Counted from the first letter of the stretch, positions 20,707 to 30,540 are shown. The stretch: 64,000 nt of DNA from Chloroflexota bacterium (GCA_963662335.2 CAXXVD010000001.1:678669-742668), one strand, 5' to 3'. The notes: generated from the sequence alone by a model not told the origin. Program-made: numbers and translations.

Positions 20707-20795
20707 ACGCTCGCCGGCAGCACTCGCATGAGCCAGTCGATGCGCTTCCAGCAGGCCGTCCCCGCAGCAACCGCAAGTCATCCCAAAGGGCGCGC

Positions 20796-20843
20796 CTACG
20801 AAACCGGGACGCCGATGCCGAATACGGCGGCGATGATGGCGAC
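20796..20843 (-). repeat. Displaced duplicate of the 3' end of the Yip1 gene at 21343-21900 (encodes VAIIAAVFGIGVPVS-stop)
   Basis: 20805-20843 matches 21358-21396 at 36/39 nt; all three differences are synonymous. Confidence 0.85.
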
Positions 20844-21256
20844 TAGGCGTCGTTCGCGCGGTCGTTTCCGGATTCCAGTACGCGATTCAGGTCTTCGATC
20901 TTGCCTTGGGATACCCTGATTGAAGCCTCACGAGCCAGTGCTGCCGCTTGCTTTCTGTGACTTCGCGGAAACTTCATTCTGAACTCGCCTTGCTTGGCGT
21001 TGGGGATGTCCTCGACAAGCTGCATGCTATCCACTGCCACGGTAAGGTTGGCGCCGAGCATGTTCGATTGCAGTTGGACTTCGCGGACTTGCTCGAAGGG
21101 AAGTTCAACTCGCTTGACCCCTGACTTGAAAGCGCCGATGAGACCATCCTTGATCTGGAACTCCAATGTCAAAGAGTCAGACGAGATGCGCACGAGGCCT
21201 TCCGCATCCGCAAGACCCCCATAGAGGTCAGGAAACTGAAATGGGACGGAATCCAT
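20843..21256 (-). CDS. Hypothetical protein (lower-GC cargo, possibly PH-like beta fold)
   Basis: MDSVPFQFPDLYGG... open frame with atypical codon usage. Confidence 0.7.
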   Translation of the reverse strand: MDSVPFQFPDLYGGLADAEGLVRISSDSLTLEFQIKDGLIGAFKSGVKRVELPFEQVREVQLQSNMLGANLTVAVDSMQLVEDIPNAKQGEFRMKFPRSHRKQAAALAREASIRVSQGKIEDLNRVLESGNDRANDA

Positions 21257-21342
21257 TCCCGCAAGTCCTTTCCAATGCTTAGTTGGCGTGCACTCAAACC
21301 GTGACGCTAGCGTGCATGCCAATGCTTCCAACCTGCCAAAGC

Positions 21343-21900
21343 TCAACCCGTGGCGGTCGGAACGCCAATGCCGAACACGGCGGCGATGATGGCGACGACT
21401 ATGGCCATGACAACCCAGCCAATGATCGCGGTCAAGATTGCCTTGCCGGTGCCCACGTCCAGCGCCTGGCGGATTGCGATGAGGCCGGCAAGGAGCACCC
21501 AGACGAGCAGCGCGAGCCGCAGCAAGCCGCCGAGCAAGGGAATTGCGCCCAGCAGGCCCATGAAGACGGCGAGCACGTTGGGCGATTGGGCAAAGCCAAG
21601 GGTGCGCAGCATCTCGCCGTAGCTGGCGGTGCCGCCGAAGATTCTGGTGCCGATGAAATACGTCACGAACGCCCACACCAGCCAGCCCGCCAAGGCCGCC
21701 AGAATCCCGCCGACGAGGCCCGTTACCGCGTCGATGGGGCTCAGGGTGAGCAGCTTCCACAAAGCGCCGCCGATGCCGCCGGCGATGGCGACAATGACGA
21801 CGACCTGCAGGGCCTGGGTGGTGGCGTTGCGGTCGTGCTCCACCTCCTCGTAGAGACTGGGATCGAGCATGGCGGCGCGAATCATGCGGTTGACGAGCAT
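21343..21900 (-). CDS. Yip1-family membrane protein
   Basis: RMIRAAMLD..LYEEVEHD..AT.QA; LRTLGFAQSP; AIRQALD. Confidence 0.8.
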   Translation of the reverse strand: MLVNRMIRAAMLDPSLYEEVEHDRNATTQALQVVVIVAIAGGIGGALWKLLTLSPIDAVTGLVGGILAALAGWLVWAFVTYFIGTRIFGGTASYGEMLRTLGFAQSPNVLAVFMGLLGAIPLLGGLLRLALLVWVLLAGLIAIRQALDVGTGKAILTAIIGWVVMAIVVAIIAAVFGIGVPTATG

Positions 21901-22097
21901 GAGAGATTCCTTTCTGCGTTCGTCCGCGGCTTCCTCTGCGCGCGGGCAACAGCGGGCGCTTACAATCCTCTTCAAATACTAACACACCGCTTTAGATATT
22001 GCAACATTAGTTTTCACTTTTTAGATTCTTAAAGGGTCTTATTGAAGAGTAGCCTGTGCGCAGCCCCGACGCATGTCGTTCCGAACGGAGCCCACAT

Positions 22098-22278
22098 GTC
22101 ATTCCGAACGGAGCGCAGCGGAGTGAGGAATCTATGGAACCAAATCGCCATAGGCCGTTCCTGGCGCCGGCCGCAACTGGCGACTCGCGCACGCCCGCTC
22201 TAGATTCCTCGCTGCGCTCGGAATGACAGTACGGTCAACACTGCCTCGTTAAGTGCGGATTCTGTCAATGAATTACTG
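22098..22278. mobile_element. REP doublet (GTCATTCCGA..GCAGCG..GAGGAATCT inverted pair) with a MITE-like right end GCGGATTCTGTCAATGAAT
   Basis: Inverted pair 22098-22133 / 22202-22227; the end motif is shared with elements near 38743-38954 and 41650. Confidence 0.7.
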
Positions 22279-22328
22279 GACAGCTACAGGAATGGCATTG
22301 CGGGCGACGGGCTGCCCAAGCGTTTTCG

Positions 22329-22922
22329 TCACTCGGTCGGCGCCTGGAAGACCTCGGGGAAGAGCACGAACGTGACGGAAGCTGACAGCACCACCAACAC
22401 GACGGCGACGATGACCATCGTTATCGTCGCCTTGCCGGTGCTAATGCCCAGGGTCTGCCGCGCGGCGACCGCGCTGGCGACAAGCACCCAAATCGCGGCC
22501 GCGAAACCTAAGATCCCGCCCAGGATCGCCCCGGCGGTCTGCCCCAAAAAGGCCAGCGGCACACCGAGAATGGCGATTACGCTAGGCGACTGCGCAAAAG
22601 CCAGCGCGCGCAGCGACTCCTGGAAACTACCCGCGCCCCCAAAGACGCCGGTGCCGATGAGGTAGACCAGGGACGCCGCAACTACCCAGCCGACGATGGT
22701 GGACGCGGCGGTGAACCAGATGCTGGTCGGAACATCCGCGTTCGGCCCCACCGCCGCTTCCGGCGCGGCGTTGAGGGTCTGCACGACGCTGCCCAAGATG
22801 CCGATGACGCCCACGATGACGATGACTTGCACCGCCTGGTTCATGGATTCGCGGTCTTCCTTGATCTCGTCGAAAACGAGCGAGTCCAACATCGCGGCGC
22901 GGAACATGCGGTCGGTTAGCAT
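22329..22922 (-). CDS. Yip1-family membrane protein (tandem paralog)
   Basis: RMFRAAMLD, LRALAFAQSP, STGKA; AAGGAG RBS. Confidence 0.8.
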   Translation of the reverse strand: MLTDRMFRAAMLDSLVFDEIKEDRESMNQAVQVIVIVGVIGILGSVVQTLNAAPEAAVGPNADVPTSIWFTAASTIVGWVVAASLVYLIGTGVFGGAGSFQESLRALAFAQSPSVIAILGVPLAFLGQTAGAILGGILGFAAAIWVLVASAVAARQTLGISTGKATITMVIVAVVLVVLSASVTFVLFPEVFQAPTE

Positions 22923-22981
22923 GGCTGCTCCTTAGAGGTCGAACTCCGTCTGCCTGGCCTACGTCTGTTTACGCTCGCTTA

Positions 22982-23140
22982 GTCTGCGCAAGGGACGTTT
23001 GTAATGTCTGCGCAAGGGACGTTTGTAATGTCTGCGCGAGGGACGATTGCATTGTCTGCGCGAGGGACACTTGTATCGTCCACGCGAGGCGTAATGTCTA
23101 CGCGAGGGACGTTCGCCCTGAGCCTGTCGAAGGGTGAATG
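22982..23140. repeat. About 24-bp tandem repeat (GTCTGCGCRAGGGACGTTTGTAAT, about 6 decaying copies) abutting a GTTCGCCCTGAGCCTGTCGAAGGG REP
   Basis: Read directly. Confidence 0.8.
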
Positions 23141-23156
23141 TGAGCGCCGCAGTGGA

Positions 23157-23537
23157 TTACGCACTCAGCGGTTCCAGCTTCTCCACCAGAGTTGCTACCT
23201 CGTCGATGCCGTCTTGCACCAATTCGTCCGATTGCCAGTTCTCGTAGAAGTTCGTGTGCAGCGAATTAGCCGACCTAAACAGATGGAGAAACGCAGAGTC
23301 TCCCGTCTCCCGATAGATTCTGGTAATTGCATCGAAGAGGAGGCGATGCCCGTTGTGCCGCCAACCGCGGCGCTGCGCCACGGCTTTCACCGCGTGCGCC
23401 GCCGCGCCCCAGGCCTTCTCCGATGCTTGGAGCCGGTCGCCTCTGTCAATCTCATCTTGCGCCTGGCGCAGGAATTGGCGGCTGATGCGCCGGTGCTCCG
23501 CTACCCTGGGATCCCTGCCGCTGACCTGCGTGGCCAC
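23157..23537 (-). CDS. PaREP1/HEPN-like protein
   Basis: GD.LQASEKAWGAAA.AVKA.A..RGW...LH.NFYE. Confidence 0.8.
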   Translation of the reverse strand: MATQVSGRDPRVAEHRRISRQFLRQAQDEIDRGDRLQASEKAWGAAAHAVKAVAQRRGWRHNGHRLLFDAITRIYRETGDSAFLHLFRSANSLHTNFYENWQSDELVQDGIDEVATLVEKLEPLSA

Positions 23538-23671
23538 GTTATGCCTTCTGTTCTCGTCTTGCAGTGTTCGTCGTCAAGGCGTCTTTCAGTGTAGCACGAC
23601 TCATACGAAAGCGGTGGGCGCGCTTCGGTATTTTCTGTGCCGCGCGCGTGTTCCCGCCAAGCCAATTAGCC

Positions 23672-23695
23672 GTAGCGCGGGGGCTTGTCCCCCGC
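23672..23695. repeat. GTAG-class REP (GTAGCGCGGGGGCTTGTCCCCCGC)
   Basis: Reverse-complement copies at 49385-49408 and 51924-51947. Confidence 0.8.
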
Positions 23696-23905
23696 AGCGT
23701 CGTAACGCCGGGCCCCCTGCGGCAAGCCGGCCCGCTTGCTGTATACTGAGGTGGATGGCGTGTTTTGTCAATGTTCAGCGCGGCGCCTCCCGTTGCACGC
23801 CTTGACATTAGCCTCCCGCCGCAGCAGGATAACAGTCAAGTAAACGAAGCGCGTGCCGCATCATGCAGGCACATCCAAGACACCGCCGAGAGGAGCACAG
23901 AAACC

Positions 23906-24745
23906 ATGAGTATCGCCCTGGCAGAACCGCAGCGACTGTCCGCAGCCGACGTGGACTTCTTCAACGAGCACGGCTACCTGCGCCTGCGGCAGGTGTTCGA
24001 CCCGCAGGAGGTTTCCGCGCTCAGCGAGGAACTCGACCACATCATTCAATACTTCGCCACCCACGGCAAGGGCTGGACCGGCCCGTGGCGCAAGCAACTG
24101 ATGGAAGCCGACGCGGAAGCAAAAAGCCTGCTGGTGACTATTCACGAACTCCAGAGCTATAGCGAGGCCTGGGCGCGGGCGCTGGTGAACGAGCGCCTGG
24201 TGCAGTCGGTTGCCGACATCATCGGGCCGGACCTGGAGTTCCACCACAGCACGCTGCACGCCAAAGGCCCGGATACCGGCACGCCCTTCCCCATGCACCA
24301 GGACTACCCCTTCTACCCCCACCAGGACGGGCGCTATATCGACGCCATCGTGCACGTGGACGGCGCCGATGAGACCAGCGGCTGCTTGAAGTTCCTGGAC
24401 GGCAGCCACAACCTGGGGCCGCTGGAGCACAGCCGCGAAGGCTCGCCGCACCTGGACCAGAACGTCTACCGCCTGCAAGACGCCACCTCCGTGCCGGCGG
24501 CACCGGGCGACGTGGTGCTCTTCAGCATCTGGACGATCCACGGCTCGGCGCTCAACGAGCAGCCCCGCTGGCGGCGCGTGGTGCGCTTCGGCTACCGCAA
24601 CCCGCGCAATCTCCAGGTCAGCGGCCAAGCCATGGGCCGCCCCGGCATCATGGTGCGCAGCGTCCGCCCCAAACTGGAAAACCAGAGCATAGAGGTCTAC
24701 GGCAACTGGGGGCCGCAGGCGGTAGCGCCGCGGGATGACGACTAG
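23906..24745 (+). CDS. Phytanoyl-CoA dioxygenase (PhyH)-family Fe(II)/2OG enzyme
   Basis: FFNEHGYL, HQD, GCLKFLDGSH, HGS..N...RR; AGGAG RBS. Confidence 0.9.
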   Translation: MSIALAEPQRLSAADVDFFNEHGYLRLRQVFDPQEVSALSEELDHIIQYFATHGKGWTGPWRKQLMEADAEAKSLLVTIHELQSYSEAWARALVNERLVQSVADIIGPDLEFHHSTLHAKGPDTGTPFPMHQDYPFYPHQDGRYIDAIVHVDGADETSGCLKFLDGSHNLGPLEHSREGSPHLDQNVYRLQDATSVPAAPGDVVLFSIWTIHGSALNEQPRWRRVVRFGYRNPRNLQVSGQAMGRPGIMVRSVRPKLENQSIEVYGNWGPQAVAPRDDD

Positions 24746-24834
24746 AAGAGCGTTTGCATGTCAATAGGTTGCGCATTCATTGGTAGCGCTTTGTACGCGC
24801 CGCTGACACAAACTCTCCTATAGAGGAGGTCCAC

Positions 24835-27057
24835 ATGCGCCAACACGCCATCCACGTCGCGCAGATGATACTGCTAGCTGTCGCTATTCTGCTGGTTGGC
24901 GCATGCGCTGATCCGGGGCCGAAGCCTGGATTGGAGGCGCGACAGCTTTGGGGATACAAGATGGAAGGCGCAATATATTCCACGCCGTCTGTGGCGGATG
25001 GCGTGGTCTACTTTGGCTCTTATGACAATCATGTCTACGCTCTGGACGCACGTACCGGAGAGTTTCGTTGGCGCTACCGAACAGGCGACAGTGTAGTGGC
25101 TTCACCGACGGTGTCTGACGGCGTGGTCTATGTCGGCTCTCACGACGGCTACCTTTACGCACTTGATGCAGCTACTGGCGGATTGCGTTGGCGGCACCGA
25201 GCTAGAGGAACAGTCAACTCTCCTCCAGCGATCGCTGGTGGTGTGATTCTCAGTCGCACACAGGGCGGACGGCTGTTCGCGCTGGACGTCGAGTCCGGTT
25301 CTCCTCTCTGGCAGTTTAGGGGCACCCAAATAGGGTATTCCGCACCGGTAGTGGTTGATGGATTAGTCTACACCAGTTCAGATGATCATCACCTATATGC
25401 ACTGCATGTCGGGACAGGTGAAGTGCTTTGGAAGTACAAGTCAGACAGCTCAATCGGGTCTTCCCCAACGGTGGAAGGGGGTATCGTTTACTTCTCTTCC
25501 AATAGGGCAAGCTTCTTTGCCCTAAATGCAAGAACAGGCGAGTTCCTTTGGAGCCGCGAGCTTGGTGGCGCAATCTACTCTCCGCCGGTGGTGCAGGGGG
25601 GCATCATCTACATTGCAATCAGGAATGACGTATTTGCATTGGACGCAGTGACAGGGGAGTTGCATTGGAGCCATGAAGAAGAAGAGTTCAGCTTCTACTC
25701 TCAGGTATTGGTAGAGGACCACGTTTACATTCCAACAGAAGAAGGTGTAGTCGCCTTAGATCCTGGTACTAGTGAACTCCAGTGGCGCTATGCGGCTGAG
25801 CGGCCTGAAATTTTCCTTGCAGCCAATGAGGTGCTGTATGCAATTGACCGCAATAGAGTTCTCTCCGCCCTCGATGCCCGGACTGGGGAACTGCTTGGGA
25901 CGCATTCTTCGGAACACGACCAGAGTACGCCACCCGTCGTCGCTGGTGATCTGGTGTACGTTGCCACAGATTTCGGCGAAGTTTACGCGCTCGATGCCCG
26001 CACCAACGAGTTTGTCTGGCGGTTTCAAACGGGTATAGGGTTCGAGCAGTTCCCAAATCAAGAAGACAGCGTCGTGTACTTCAGATCGAGTTACGGCTAT
26101 GTTTTCGCGATGAATGCTGTGACCGGAAAACACTTCTGGCGATTTGCGGAGGAAGGCTACTTCCCCATCTATGACCCGGTAAAGTCAGATGGAGTGGTGT
26201 ATTTTGGCGCGCGCCGGAGAGAGTCCGATGACCGAATCTATGCGCTGGATGCATCAACAGGGATGGTTATCTGGCGGGAAAACGTAGCGGGCAATCTTCT
26301 GTCCGCACCGATTGTGGTAGGTAGCAAAGTCTACATTGCCACCACGGACCTCGTTTTCGTATTAGAGACGGCGAGCGGCGAAGTCCTATGGTTTCAACAC
26401 CGACCAGAGGGCGATGCCTTTCATTCGGCATTTGTCGTTGGTGGTAGCGACGTGTATGTTAGCACTCGCCAGGGTCACGTGTTTGCTCTGAATGCGACAA
26501 CGGGTGATGTCATTTGGCAGAGTTCCATCGACGATGACTCATTAATCGCATTCGGCAACGGTGCGGTCTATGCCACTTCGTTCCCAGGCCTCGTAACGGC
26601 CCTTGATGCGGAGAGCGGCGCACTGCTTTGGAAGATACAGTTGCCCGAACTATTGCGCATAGCTAATGCGGCTAAGAGTAGCTCTGTTGGCCTCGCTTCT
26701 CCACTTGTACATTCTGTAGCTCCTCGGGGACGGCTGACCCGGCCAGTTATTGAGTATGGCATGGTCTTTATTGGGTCAGATTACGATCAACTCTTCACTC
26801 TTGATGCGGCTAGCGGGGAACTGGTTTGGCAATTCCATACTGGATATGAGGTACGAGTACCCCCGGCTATAGCGGAAGGTGTGTTGTACCTGACTGATAG
26901 TGACGGCTATGTCTACGCTTTGGATGCTTTCACGGGCAGTCCCATTTGGCACTACTACGTGGGGACGTGGGCCACCCCAACAAGGGTATTGGATGGCGTG
27001 GTCTTCGTGAACGTCAGCGGGGAACGTGTTTACGCGCTAACGGAACCGGATAGCTAG
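24835..27057 (+). CDS. PQQ-like (BamB-type) beta-propeller repeat lipoprotein
   Basis: Lipobox LVGAC; many VYALDA.TGE..W blades; lower GC. Confidence 0.9.
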   Translation: MRQHAIHVAQMILLAVAILLVGACADPGPKPGLEARQLWGYKMEGAIYSTPSVADGVVYFGSYDNHVYALDARTGEFRWRYRTGDSVVASPTVSDGVVYVGSHDGYLYALDAATGGLRWRHRARGTVNSPPAIAGGVILSRTQGGRLFALDVESGSPLWQFRGTQIGYSAPVVVDGLVYTSSDDHHLYALHVGTGEVLWKYKSDSSIGSSPTVEGGIVYFSSNRASFFALNARTGEFLWSRELGGAIYSPPVVQGGIIYIAIRNDVFALDAVTGELHWSHEEEEFSFYSQVLVEDHVYIPTEEGVVALDPGTSELQWRYAAERPEIFLAANEVLYAIDRNRVLSALDARTGELLGTHSSEHDQSTPPVVAGDLVYVATDFGEVYALDARTNEFVWRFQTGIGFEQFPNQEDSVVYFRSSYGYVFAMNAVTGKHFWRFAEEGYFPIYDPVKSDGVVYFGARRRESDDRIYALDASTGMVIWRENVAGNLLSAPIVVGSKVYIATTDLVFVLETASGEVLWFQHRPEGDAFHSAFVVGGSDVYVSTRQGHVFALNATTGDVIWQSSIDDDSLIAFGNGAVYATSFPGLVTALDAESGALLWKIQLPELLRIANAAKSSSVGLASPLVHSVAPRGRLTRPVIEYGMVFIGSDYDQLFTLDAASGELVWQFHTGYEVRVPPAIAEGVLYLTDSDGYVYALDAFTGSPIWHYYVGTWATPTRVLDGVVFVNVSGERVYALTEPDS

Positions 27058-27176
27058 AGTGGCGGCCCAAACTGTCTTCGAAGAGCGCGAGTAAGTGATC
27101 AGTTCGCGCAGAACAGACTCTTAGCGAAACCGGCTGCCGCTATGTAGAACCACAAATGTTGGGAGTGATTGATCCC

Positions 27177-27300
27177 ATGATTCGCTTTGGCTATCGCACG
27201 CCGGGATTGAGAGAGCTTTCCTTTCGGCAGAAGGCCCAGCTTGCGGCGGACTTGGGGTTGCCAGTGATCGAGGCGGCGCGGACGGAGTTTGCTCCGCTTG
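27177..27300 (+). pseudogene. Truncated duplicate of the 5' end of the isomerase gene at 29770
   Basis: MIRFGYRTPGLRELSFRQKAQLAADLGLPVIE identical for 32 aa, then diverges. Confidence 0.85.
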
Positions 27301-27310
27301 CGAAGATTGG

Positions 27311-29671
27311 ATGGAGATGCATAAGTATTGCGTCGCCATAACACTCTGCTTCACCACTCTTGTCGCCGCTCTTACCGCATGCTCAGACAGTGGGCCAGTT
27401 CCTGTTGGATCGACGCCAGTTTCCAGACCCAGTGAGACTGGGGAGCTACTCTGGAGTTATCTGATGGGTGGGGGAGTAACTTCCTCCGTAACAATTTCTG
27501 ATGGTGTGGCCTTCGTTGGCGCGCGTGACGGTTATGTATACGCGTTAGATGTTCGATCTGGGGAAGAGCGATGGCGCTATCGTACGCGCACTGACGTCTT
27601 GACATCGCCGTTAGTGAGTAACGGCCTAGTTTTCGTCGGCTCAGCCGATAGTCATGTTTATGCGCTAGATGCAGCCAGTGGCGATGTACGCTGGCAATAC
27701 AAGACAGGGGGCAGCGTTGAGTCCGACTTGGTGATTGTGAAGAATACAATATACGTGGGTTCGCGTGACGGCTACGTACATGCACTAGACGCTGCCCCTG
27801 GTTCGTTGAGTTGGCGCGTCTCAATAGAGGAGTTCGATGGTTTCTCTCCACAGGTGGCAAATGGCAAGGTGTATGTCAGCACCAGGAAATTTGCTGACTT
27901 AGAAGAGCACTATGTGTACGCTCTGGACGCGGCAAGCGGGGAATTAAGTTGGCGCTATGGTGTGGCCGAAGCAGTCTTTCCACCGGCGGTCTCGAATGGC
28001 ATGGTTTACTTTGCCACGTGGGGCAGACATGTCTATGCTCTGGACGCCACAACTGGGGACTCTCGGTGGACTTATCGCTCGGACGACATCCTGAATTCTG
28101 CGCCAATTGTGGGTGACGGCCATGTGTATGTTGCCTCAAGCGAAGGATTCATCCTCGCGCTAGATGCTCTGAGTGGCAAATTGCACTGGCAGCACGACAC
28201 GGGATACTGGCTTACTGCGCCGTACGTAGAAATCGGCGGCGTTGTTTATGCAAGGTCACAAGATGACAGCGTAGAATCCTTGGACGCATTGGACGGTGTA
28301 TCTGGCGAGCTTCTCTGGCGCCTCCAAACAGTCACTGAGGTCTCGTCCTTGTCGATAGTAGACGGCGTGGTCTATGCGGGCACACGTTCAAATGCGTATG
28401 GTCAGGTTGCACATGTGTTTGCGGTGGATGCCTCCACAGGTGAGGAACTCTGGCGATTTGAGACTGGCGAGGACGTATGGGACGTGCCGACAGTGGTTGA
28501 CGGTGTGGTTTACGTGGGATCGTGGGGCCGGTATGGTTCCCGCCTGTACGGTTCACCGAACGCCTACACATACGCGCTAGATGCCAAGACGGGGAACTTG
28601 CGCTGGCGTTTCAAGTTAGGCGACGCCGTTAGGTCACCACTGTCAGCGGATGCAACAGTCCTCTACGCTGGCGCTTGGCACTCTTTGTATGCTCTTGATG
28701 CGCGAACCGGAGAACGGCGATGGCGCCGGGAAACTAATGGGTTAAGTGACCGATTGCCGTCCCCGGTCGACGGTGTGATATACGTTGGCCTCGATGGAGG
28801 CCGCCTGTACGCGCTAGAAGCACAATCCGGGGAAGAGCGCTGGAGTTCCGAGCACTCTGGCCTTGTGACTCCAGCTGTGATGAAGGATGGCGTAGTCTAC
28901 GCCGGTGCTCTTAATCCCTTTGGCAATTCAGATGCCTACTTAGTTGCCATAGATGCTGCCCATGGTAAGTCGTTGTGGCACTTTGGTCTGGGTAGGCCCA
29001 TCTACAATCCGGTGTATGCCGCTCCCGCAGTTGCAGAAGACTTGGTCTATGTTGGCACTGAATCTGGCCGTGTCTACGCGATTGATACTGCAACTGGGTC
29101 GGCCAGGTGGCAGTATGACGTGGACGGTCGCTTATATGCAGCACCAACAGTCGTTGAAGGTACGGTCTTTGTTGGTTCTTGGCCAGCTAGTGAGGCTCTT
29201 CGTCACTCTGTGTACGCCTTGAACGCGAAGACAGGAGAGTTGCGATGGCGTTCAGGCTGCGAGAGAATCGGTTCTGCGAAGGCACGTTCTATAGGTGGCC
29301 TAGCCACATCTGAGAATCCCCCAAAGGTGCTTTCCTCCATAACTGTCAGTGGCGGCCTAGTCTATTTCGGCTCCAATGATAATCAGGTCCACTCGCTAGA
29401 CGCAGATACCGGCAAAGTTCGCTGGTGCTATCGCACGGGCGGTAGTGTAGAGTTCTCCCCCACATTAGCAGACGGCGTAGCATATGTGGTGTCAACGGAC
29501 AATTACGCTTATGCTCTAGATGCCATGACCGGGGAGGCTCTTTGGCACTATCGGATTGGTAGTCGTGCCGCCTCCGCTCCAATGGTAATTGACGGAACGG
29601 TTTTCATTGCCTTGGAAAATGGCACTGTAATTGCGATTTCTCCGCCCGGCAACAAGAGTGGTAACCGATAG
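27311..29671 (+). CDS. PQQ-like beta-propeller repeat lipoprotein (paralog)
   Basis: Lipobox LTAC; repeated VYALDA.TG..RW blades. Confidence 0.9.
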   Translation: MEMHKYCVAITLCFTTLVAALTACSDSGPVPVGSTPVSRPSETGELLWSYLMGGGVTSSVTISDGVAFVGARDGYVYALDVRSGEERWRYRTRTDVLTSPLVSNGLVFVGSADSHVYALDAASGDVRWQYKTGGSVESDLVIVKNTIYVGSRDGYVHALDAAPGSLSWRVSIEEFDGFSPQVANGKVYVSTRKFADLEEHYVYALDAASGELSWRYGVAEAVFPPAVSNGMVYFATWGRHVYALDATTGDSRWTYRSDDILNSAPIVGDGHVYVASSEGFILALDALSGKLHWQHDTGYWLTAPYVEIGGVVYARSQDDSVESLDALDGVSGELLWRLQTVTEVSSLSIVDGVVYAGTRSNAYGQVAHVFAVDASTGEELWRFETGEDVWDVPTVVDGVVYVGSWGRYGSRLYGSPNAYTYALDAKTGNLRWRFKLGDAVRSPLSADATVLYAGAWHSLYALDARTGERRWRRETNGLSDRLPSPVDGVIYVGLDGGRLYALEAQSGEERWSSEHSGLVTPAVMKDGVVYAGALNPFGNSDAYLVAIDAAHGKSLWHFGLGRPIYNPVYAAPAVAEDLVYVGTESGRVYAIDTATGSARWQYDVDGRLYAAPTVVEGTVFVGSWPASEALRHSVYALNAKTGELRWRSGCERIGSAKARSIGGLATSENPPKVLSSITVSGGLVYFGSNDNQVHSLDADTGKVRWCYRTGGSVEFSPTLADGVAYVVSTDNYAYALDAMTGEALWHYRIGSRAASAPMVIDGTVFIALENGTVIAISPPGNKSGNR

Positions 29672-29769
29672 GGCGCCAAAGGGAACTCGTGCACTGAGTT
29701 TGCCTGCTATGCTGCGAAATAGCTAGGCTAGGGGTCGCTACAACTAAGTTTTCGGAGACAATTACCACC

Positions 29770-30540
29770 ATGATTCGATTCGGATACCGCACACCAGGAT
29801 TGAGAGAGCTTTCCTTTCGGCAGAAGGCGCAGCTTGCGGCGGACTTGGGGTTGCCGGTGATCGAGGTGGGGCGGCCGGAGTTTGCTTCGCTGGACGACAG
29901 CCGGGAGTTGCGCAACGCCTGTGGGGAGGTGGGCGTGGAGGTCACATCTGTGGGCGGCTCCATGAACCTCTGCGATCCCGCGCTCCTGGAAGAGACCACC
30001 GAGCAATTGGAGTTCGCGCTCGACGCGTGCGACATCTTGGGCGCGGACATCTTCTTCACCCGCGTCATGGATCCCGCGCCGGGCGTGCCCCAGGCCGAGA
30101 CGTGGGAAGCGTGCGCGAGAATCACGCGCATGGCCTGCGAGCGGGCGGCGGCGCGCGGCATTCGCTTTGCGCTGGAGGCCGACCCGCCGTGCTTCGTGCA
30201 CACCCTGGAGCGGGTCGAGCGGCTGCTGGAGATGGTCGACCACCCGAACTTCTGGCTGAATTACGACCCCACCAACTACTACGTCGTCGGCAGCGACCCG
30301 TTGCTGGTCATCGAGCGCCACGCCGGCCGCATCATCAACGGCCATATCAAGGACGCCGTCTACCGCGCCGACGAAAAGGCCGAGCGCCCGGTAGGCACGG
30401 GCGAGGTGCCGTATGCGGAAATCTTCCGCGCGCTCCTCGACCGCAACCTGGACGTCGCCATGCACATAGAACACTGCCGCACGGTGGAATGCGTGACCGA
30501 GGCGGCGGCCCACGTGCAGGCGGTGCTGGCGTCGCTGTAA
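29770..30540 (+). CDS. Sugar phosphate isomerase/epimerase (xylose isomerase-like TIM barrel)
   Basis: FALE, NYDPTN, HIKD, G.GEVPY, IEH metal ligands. Confidence 0.88.
   Translation: MIRFGYRTPGLRELSFRQKAQLAADLGLPVIEVGRPEFASLDDSRELRNACGEVGVEVTSVGGSMNLCDPALLEETTEQLEFALDACDILGADIFFTRVMDPAPGVPQAETWEACARITRMACERAAARGIRFALEADPPCFVHTLERVERLLEMVDHPNFWLNYDPTNYYVVGSDPLLVIERHAGRIINGHIKDAVYRADEKAERPVGTGEVPYAEIFRALLDRNLDVAMHIEHCRTVECVTEAAAHVQAVLASL

Noticed and set aside
22982-23110. CRISPR array or coding repeat (ORFs 22979-23164 and 23004-23594)
   Set aside because: Units are directly adjacent with no unique spacers; the ORFs are repeat-derived or antisense to PaREP1
23440-23480. PaREP1 peptide FLRQAQDE matches the translation of the REP at 30811 (ILRQAQDE), suggesting REP capture
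   Set aside because: The DNA sequences differ at most third positions and no palindrome is present; coincidence
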